Positions 58,174 through 64,000 of a stretch of 64,000 nucleotides of DNA are shown here, in pieces. Both the position numbers and the translations under genes were made by a program. Numbering within the stretch: position 1 is the first letter of the stretch; every line of letters begins with the position of its first letter. Below the pieces are notes generated by a model that worked only from the letters and a program-made list of their open reading frames with translations, had not been told where the DNA came from and searched no databases. The DNA lies in the IMG/VR virus record IMGVR_UViG_3300030085_002431, positions 186,614 to 250,613 of that record; one strand, 5' to 3'.

Positions 58174-58208
58174 CTGCTATCATTACAAAGTAATCAATCA
58201 GGGACCGC

Positions 58209-58889
58209 ATGGACCGCAAGCAAGTCATCGAAAAGATTCAAGCAATCCTGAAACTTCAGGAAGGTACGACTTTCGATGGTGAAGCAGATAATGCTGCTAA
58301 GATGATTGATATGCTGTGCAAAAAGTACGGTGTAACTATCGACGAAGCAACCGAAGTTCAGGTTGAAGATGAGATTTTCCTGAAGTTCAAGAAAATCAAT
58401 GTTGCTTATGCAACTCTTCTCAATGCGATTGCATATTTCTATGATGCAAAAGCATATCTCAAAACCGATGTGAATGGAAACAAAACCATTCAAGTTATTG
58501 GTTCTGAGGCACAACAGATTCAAGTGCGAATCTATTTCGATTATCTTGTAGATTGCATGGAGAAAGAAACTGAAACTGCACACAAAGCAGAGAAGATTAT
58601 TGCTCAACTTCAGGGTAATAAACTCTCTCGCAGTTTCAAAACTAACTTCCGCAAAGGTTTTGCTGAGCAAGTTATGAACCGTCTGCAAGATAAGAAGAAA
58701 CAAGAGGGTCGAGTTCATGAGCACAAAGCAGTGACCGATAAGGCACTCTCAACCCGTCGATTTAACACTTCTCGACGTATGAATGGTGCGAGTGGTTACG
58801 GTGGCAATGCTGGGGCATCTGCGGGTGGTTCAGTGTCACTTAACCGTCAGGCATCAGGTGCTTCACAAAAGCAAATTGTTGGGGTATAA
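58209..58889 (+). CDS. DUF2786-family protein
   Basis: IEKIQ.IL.L......EA..A......L..KYG N-terminus; F..GF; Gly-rich tail. Confidence 0.7.
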   Translation: MDRKQVIEKIQAILKLQEGTTFDGEADNAAKMIDMLCKKYGVTIDEATEVQVEDEIFLKFKKINVAYATLLNAIAYFYDAKAYLKTDVNGNKTIQVIGSEAQQIQVRIYFDYLVDCMEKETETAHKAEKIIAQLQGNKLSRSFKTNFRKGFAEQVMNRLQDKKKQEGRVHEHKAVTDKALSTRRFNTSRRMNGASGYGGNAGASAGGSVSLNRQASGASQKQIVGV

Positions 58890-58915
58890 TATACCCCTCT
58901 CTTTTTTTATCCAAA

Positions 58916-59407
58916 ATGAATCAAGAAATTAAAGTCTATGATGATTTTCTGAGTAAAGAAGATCATGATAGACTTGTTCATTTATTTTCTGGATTAGGTG
59001 AGTATTCTAAATTCCCATGGGAATGTGTGGATAATGATAGACCAAATCTAATTAAATTTACTCATGATTTTTGGTCTCATGGTCCGATGGGTAATTATAG
59101 TGAATGGATTGGACCTCTTACATATGCGTTAGATATTAAATCTTTAGTGTTTGCTTTTGCTTCCTTATATCCAAAAGGTAGTGAACTTGTTGAATTTGAT
59201 TATCATGTAGATATTGATTTTGCATGTACGACTTGTGTGTATTATGTAAACACATGCGATGGATATACTAAATTTGAAGATTGTGGAACTGTGGTAGATA
59301 GTGTTGCCAATAGATGTTTAGTTTTTCCGAGTCAATTAAGGCACACAGGTACAAATGTGACTGATACTAATAAACGGTTAATCATCAATATGAATTTCTT
59401 CAACTAA
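58916..59407 (+). CDS. 2OG-Fe(II) oxygenase
   Basis: YHVD, YYVNTCDG.T.F, SVANR...F....H.G, R..IN.N. Confidence 0.82.
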   Translation: MNQEIKVYDDFLSKEDHDRLVHLFSGLGEYSKFPWECVDNDRPNLIKFTHDFWSHGPMGNYSEWIGPLTYALDIKSLVFAFASLYPKGSELVEFDYHVDIDFACTTCVYYVNTCDGYTKFEDCGTVVDSVANRCLVFPSQLRHTGTNVTDTNKRLIINMNFFN

Positions 59408-59874
59408 TGAGTGATATATTATTATTAACACCATCAAGACATTCTTTCAGCACGGATGATAATGATTATTGCTTTATTTTTGTGCATGACTTAGCAATCA
59501 AGGCATCACCATCACATCTGAAAGAAGTAAATTTTGATGATATAGAATATGCTGGTGCGGAGTATTATCCACAACGAGCAGGATGGAATTGCCAATGTTG
59601 TAGTGGGAAGAAATATGCAAATGCAAATATCTATTTTCCAGGATTATTAGTTGAAGGATTAAGTAAAAAATCAAAATATAAGTTAATTGATGGTCGGCAC
59701 AGATTAGATAAGATGAGGTTTAATGGCATGACCAAATCAAAGTTTTATGTGTTTGATTATAGTGAGGTGAAGGAGTTAATTTATCACTGTAATACACAAG
59801 ATGAAAAGGATGAAATACTGAATAACGTTGCGGAGGAATGTATGCACCTGAGAGACACCATGGACCTTCTCTAA
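59407..59874 (+). CDS. ParB/Srx-like domain protein
   Basis: LIDGRHR motif. Confidence 0.55.
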   Translation: MSDILLLTPSRHSFSTDDNDYCFIFVHDLAIKASPSHLKEVNFDDIEYAGAEYYPQRAGWNCQCCSGKKYANANIYFPGLLVEGLSKKSKYKLIDGRHRLDKMRFNGMTKSKFYVFDYSEVKELIYHCNTQDEKDEILNNVAEECMHLRDTMDLL

Positions 59875-59908
59875 CCTACCTGAAATCTGTCTAGACTAGT
59901 ATATCTCA

Positions 59909-59930
59909 AAACCACTTGTTCAACTGGCAC
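59909..59930 (+). promoter_or_regulatory. Early-promoter palindrome copy 18
   Basis: AAACCA-N10-TGGCAC, then TGCTATCATTACTATGTAAT. Confidence 0.6.
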
Positions 59931-60494
59931 AAACACGACCCCAAACCCCTGAAAAATTTGCTATCATTACTATGTAATGAGAAAGGGAGTTCAACTTGAG
60001 CACTGCTGACAAACTTGAGAAAGCATTTTATTTGAATCTGATTCGATTGGTTGATGAAGTTCAGGGCAATGTTAAATTGCAATCACAAGTTACCTACAAA
60101 CAAAAAAGTGCCTGGGTAAAACAAACTAAGTCTCAGAAAACAAAAAAAGATGCACTTTCTAAAATCAAATGACTAGCATCAGAACAACCTACGACATCAA
60201 AACAAGAGAGAAACTTTACACTGTGATTCATAATCACAAAGTTATTCTCACTCCACACATTACCAACGCAATTCTCTACGTTCACAAATGCAAGTAATTG
60301 ACATCAACATCATGCAATTCTGCCAAGAGCAAGAAGCAGATTTAGAAATGGTTCTTGATTATCTTAACTCTCAAATTGATAATCCTACACAGGAACAAAT
60401 TGATGAGGCATGTAAGATATATGATGATTATCTTGAAGATGTAGACTTTATCAATTCTCTCTGATATAATAACCAAGTAATCCAATTAAACATA

Positions 60495-60767
60495 ATGCTT
60501 AAGGCAATTACATCACTATTACTATCAGTTACCTTATGGGTACAAGTTCCACAATGGAATGATGATTGGAGTAATTGTGCAGTAGATGTTCCTGACACTA
60601 GTTGTCATTGGTACATTGTAAATGCCGATAATACTTTTGGTGAAGGATTCGATTGGGAAACTGCACCATGGTATTCGATTGAAGGATTACAAGACATTGC
60701 TAATCTTCATGATGAGGTAATTAGTAATGGTCACACTTATACAGTTGAAGCATTACAAAATCAATGA
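60495..60767 (+). CDS. Conserved secreted/membrane-anchored small protein
   Basis: Signal-like N-terminus; Trp-rich CAVDVPD..CHWY. Confidence 0.6.
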   Translation: MLKAITSLLLSVTLWVQVPQWNDDWSNCAVDVPDTSCHWYIVNADNTFGEGFDWETAPWYSIEGLQDIANLHDEVISNGHTYTVEALQNQ

Positions 60768-61069
60768 CGAAAAGGGTAAAGGATTTAATTAGTGAACTCG
60801 AACTATTAAATCCGAATGAATCTATCTTTGCTTTATATTATACAAAGGAGGATGTAAAACAATTAGATTACTATTGTACTGATTGTTATCCTTATACTGA
60901 TGAACTAGCAGAGAAGACAATTACTAAACTAACTGAAGATGGTGATGTAAAGAATACAGTAGACAAGTTAGTTACTAATACAATGAGAGATGATACTAGT
61001 TATCTCGTACAAGAAGAATGTAGATTAGATAGTATTGACAAGGTATTAAATGACTCTCCGAGTTACTAA
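60764..61069 (+). CDS. Hypothetical protein
   Basis: 101 aa; ATGA coupled. Confidence 0.5.
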   Translation: MTKRVKDLISELELLNPNESIFALYYTKEDVKQLDYYCTDCYPYTDELAEKTITKLTEDGDVKNTVDKLVTNTMRDDTSYLVQEECRLDSIDKVLNDSPSY

Positions 61070-62080
61070 AAAGTGCATCTGTGGAAAAACTTGTGGAAAA
61101 ACAATCATTAAATAAATGGTTAAAAAAACATAGTTGCGTGTTTTATGTTTTCCACAGAAGGTGTTGAAAAAGTATATAAATACCCTGTTTTATCTTCGTT
61201 ATTATGTTCTAAACCCCTCTGGTTATTGTTATCTAAGACCGCAGTATATCATGAGTTGACAAAAAAGTCAAGAAAATTTCTGAAACTTTTTGAGTCTCAC
61301 ACATATTATTCGTCTGATATAAGACTCAACAAAACTGTAAGATTTTATGAGTCCTCTGAGTCTCACTGATTCGTCCATTCTTATGCGAAACTCACTGGTC
61401 TCAGAGAACTTATGAGTCTCAGACCACTCGAAAATTCGTCCACTGGACACAGTAGTCTCATTGTTTTGCGTGTAGACTACTAGGGTGGTTTTGAGGGAGG
61501 GAAGTATTACACAGCACTATGTGATAATAATTACACAGTGAGTTTGTATTAGTTTTCCACAGGCAAAGTATTAGTTATCCACAGACCCTGTGGAAAAGTA
61601 TTATAAACCTGTGGAAAACTTTATACCTGGGGGAGGGGTTTATATTACTAATACACAGTGAGTTTCTGATTGTTTATAAACACCAGTACTACTCACAAAC
61701 ACTCCGAGGGTTTCTAATACTTTACAGATTGCCCTTCGTGTATTATAATAAAACAGTGTTGTGTAATTATAATTAAGTAGTACTGTTTAATTCTTATACC
61801 CACGGGGGGGTTATTAATAACAATTACTTAGTGAGTTCGTTATTGTTATTATACAGCACTAAATGACAGTAACCCTCGGGGGGGTTAGGTTTTTTATAAA
61901 AACCGATGGGTCCCCCTAACCTACAAAAGTATGCATCCACGAGACCTTTACCCCGCATATAAAAATTTTTCCGAGGGGAAAAACGGGTCTCCGAGGTCCG
62001 TTCAAGAAAAAAAATTCCGAGGGGAAAAAATAGGTTAAAAACCCTGTGAGTGCTATATAACGGAGAATAAAAATTTCTAA
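61070..62080. other. Putative replication origin with seven DnaA boxes
   Basis: ~1 kb without a credible gene; TT(T/A)TCCACA at 61080, 61092, 61148, 61553, 61575, 61589, 61610; AT-rich tract. Confidence 0.6.
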
Positions 62081-62453
62081 GAATGACCGAAGAAGAGAAG
62101 GAGTTACTCATCGAGTGCATTCAATTCCGTTTACAGCACGACAAGTCTTTAAATAGTAATGAAGTATTACGTGAAGATTTGGAAGAATTGCTCTTTAAAG
62201 TAGAGGATATTGATGACTACGTATGACATAAAAGTCAAAGGTTTAACAGTAATGGAGAGAGTTACTCCAGAGCAACTCACACAGAGTATGAAAGATGCTC
62301 AAATGATTGTGTGGTTGAGAGGGGGTAAAATGGAAGACGTTGAGTATGTAATAAATACAAAGTCTTCTTGAGACGAAAAAAAACCCCGTCCGCAACGTAG
62401 TTGCATTTGATGTGAAGGGGTGATATAATTATAGAGTTGGAATTTACATTTTT

Positions 62454-63206
62454 ATGGCCAAAGGATTTACAGTAAAAGCAAAGGCACCGACAGTTAATAA
62501 GAACGTTGACGAATTCGACCTTGCAGCAGCAAAGGAGATGATTAAAGGTAAGGCAGTTGTATTTTGTCTACCTGGACGAGGATGTTCATATACGTTTATG
62601 AAGAGTTTTGTACAATTGTGTTTTGACCTTGTACAAGCAGGTGCGAGTATTCAGATTAGTCAAGACTATAGTTCCATGGTGAACTTTGCACGATGCAAGT
62701 GTCTTGGTGCTAATGTATTGCGTGGACCGAATCAGAAACCTTGGGATGGTAAACTGCAATATGATTATCAGTTGTGGATTGACAGTGATATTGTCTTCGA
62801 CACCGAGAAGTTCTATCGTCTTGTAGCAATGGATAAGGACATTGCAGCAGGTTGGTACATGACTGAGGATGGTCGTACTACGAGTGTTGCTCACTGGTTG
62901 GAAGAGGATGACTTCCGTACCAATGGTGGAGTGATGAATCACGAAACTGCTGAGACCATGCCGAAGCGTAAAAAACCGTTTACCGTTGACTACACTGGTT
63001 TCGGATGGGTTCTGATTAAGAACGGAGTCTTCGAGAGTCTTGAGTACCCCTGGTTTGCTCCTAAGATGCAGCAATTTGAATCGGGAGAGGTTCAGGATAT
63101 GTGTGGTGAGGATGTCTCCTTCTGCCTGGATGCCAAGGAAGCAGGGTTTGAAATCTGGTGCGACCCGAAGATTCGTGTTGGTCATGAAAAGACCCGAGTT
63201 ATCTGA
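62454..63206 (+). CDS. Glycosyltransferase-like (GT-A) conserved cyanophage protein
   Basis: LWIDSDIVF DxD, TGFGWVLI, GEDVSFC, VGHEK. Confidence 0.8.
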   Translation: MAKGFTVKAKAPTVNKNVDEFDLAAAKEMIKGKAVVFCLPGRGCSYTFMKSFVQLCFDLVQAGASIQISQDYSSMVNFARCKCLGANVLRGPNQKPWDGKLQYDYQLWIDSDIVFDTEKFYRLVAMDKDIAAGWYMTEDGRTTSVAHWLEEDDFRTNGGVMNHETAETMPKRKKPFTVDYTGFGWVLIKNGVFESLEYPWFAPKMQQFESGEVQDMCGEDVSFCLDAKEAGFEIWCDPKIRVGHEKTRVI

Positions 63207-63335
63207 GTCATTGACCCCTACGGGGGTCTTTTTTTATGGTTGACGGAGGGTCTTGGAGGTGTTATAGTGTATTCAAGCCACTGATGGGTGGTGAAAAAAA
63301 CCGTAAAAAACAACCGTTTAGGAGACACCAAAATT

Positions 63336-63476
63336 ATGGCAGCACGTCGTGGCAGTGGAAACACCAAACTTGACCCAGTTCCTAAAAAAACTCGTCAGGG
63401 GTCTGGTCAGCATACTAAATATGCAGCAAGTAGCCGTAATGGTGCTAAGAAACGTTACCGTGGACAAGGTAGGTAA
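63336..63476 (+). CDS. Small basic protein
   Basis: AGGAG RBS; PKKTRQG...KKRYRGQGR; TTGACG/TATAGT promoter upstream. Confidence 0.6.
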   Translation: MAARRGSGNTKLDPVPKKTRQGSGQHTKYAASSRNGAKKRYRGQGR

Positions 63477-63478
63477 GT

Positions 63479-64000
63479 ATGTATTATCTGGATGGGAATG
63501 TAGAGTATCACGATATCCATCCAAAAGACCTTTGGGTCTACAATAAACTCCAATTATGTAGGGTTTTGGGATACAAATGCGGACCAGTTGGGTCCGATGT
63601 CCCAGAACCCAATTTTTATGTTGTAAAACCAGCAATCAATTTCATGGGAATGTGCCGTCATGCCCGTATTGTATGGTTAGATGGGTCAACAGACCACTTT
63701 CACCCTGGTGAATTCTGGTGTGAAGTGTTTGAAGGAGAGCATTTAAGTGTTGATTACCAAAATGAGTCGTGTAAATTAACAGTTAAAGGGTATCGTGACC
63801 CCCAAAAACCACTTTATAAGTGGGACAAATGGGAAAAAATTGATAAAAAAGTAGAATTTCCCGAAATTTTGAAGAATTTGGAGAAAAAATACGAATGGAT
63901 CAACTGCGAATTCATTAATGGAAACCTAATTGAGGCACATATGCGTCCAAATCCTGATTTTAGGCATGGAAATGTCGTTGCAATCCCAAATTGGGGTGAT
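63479..64000 (+). CDS. ATP-grasp-like protein, 3'-truncated by window edge
   Basis: Open to window end; YVVKP..N.MGM, EHLSVDY, INCEF.....IE.H.R. Confidence 0.6.
   Translation, partial: MYYLDGNVEYHDIHPKDLWVYNKLQLCRVLGYKCGPVGSDVPEPNFYVVKPAINFMGMCRHARIVWLDGSTDHFHPGEFWCEVFEGEHLSVDYQNESCKLTVKGYRDPQKPLYKWDKWEKIDKKVEFPEILKNLEKKYEWINCEFINGNLIEAHMRPNPDFRHGNVVAIPNWGD

Noticed and set aside
44498-59930. CRISPR array or integron attC interpretation of the dispersed palindromes
   Set aside because: Spacing is irregular and gene-sized, copies are degenerate and tied to -10 elements, and no cas or integrase gene is seen
61145-62120. Short ORFs in the origin-like region
   Set aside because: No motifs; sequence is dominated by repeats and homopolymers
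66-63635. Numerous minus-strand and alternate-frame ORFs in the track (e.g. 21303-22049, 22050-22676, 52273-52947, 53119-53913, 62586-63185)
   Set aside because: They shadow well-supported + strand genes and show no motifs or RBS
1-64000. Stop-codon reassignment or suppressor tRNA
   Set aside because: Genes read intact in the standard code, all three stops are used, and no CUA/UUA/UCA anticodon is present

Overview
This window is a 64-kb segment of a T4-like cyanomyovirus (marine Synechococcus/Prochlorococcus-type phage). Essentially all credible genes lie on the + strand. 1-21 kb is a late virion module: baseplate-hub end, tail/tail-fibre proteins including a 2573-aa fibre with a His-rich tip, and T4-type TAAATA late promoters. 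21-61 kb is an early/accessory region. It holds a cobS-like AAA+ ATPase with a HExxH/VWA partner, talC, a denV-like glycosylase, peptide deformylase, about ten 2OG-Fe(II) oxygenase genes, two endonuclease + Dam-like methylase pairs, an HNH nuclease, a helicase, an ArdA-like protein and many small acidic ORFs. RNA genes: ten tRNAs (nine with U34), a circularly permuted two-piece tmRNA, a probable manA RNA and several unannotated structured-RNA candidates. Patterns not explained by the gene list: (i) 18 copies of a palindromic GTGNCA-N10-TGNCAC box at a near-fixed distance upstream of early promoters, with mosaic cassette halves; (ii) a ~1-kb non-coding region with seven host-type DnaA boxes (oriC-like); (iii) strong GATC avoidance. 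All family assignments come from motif recognition only; no database search was run.
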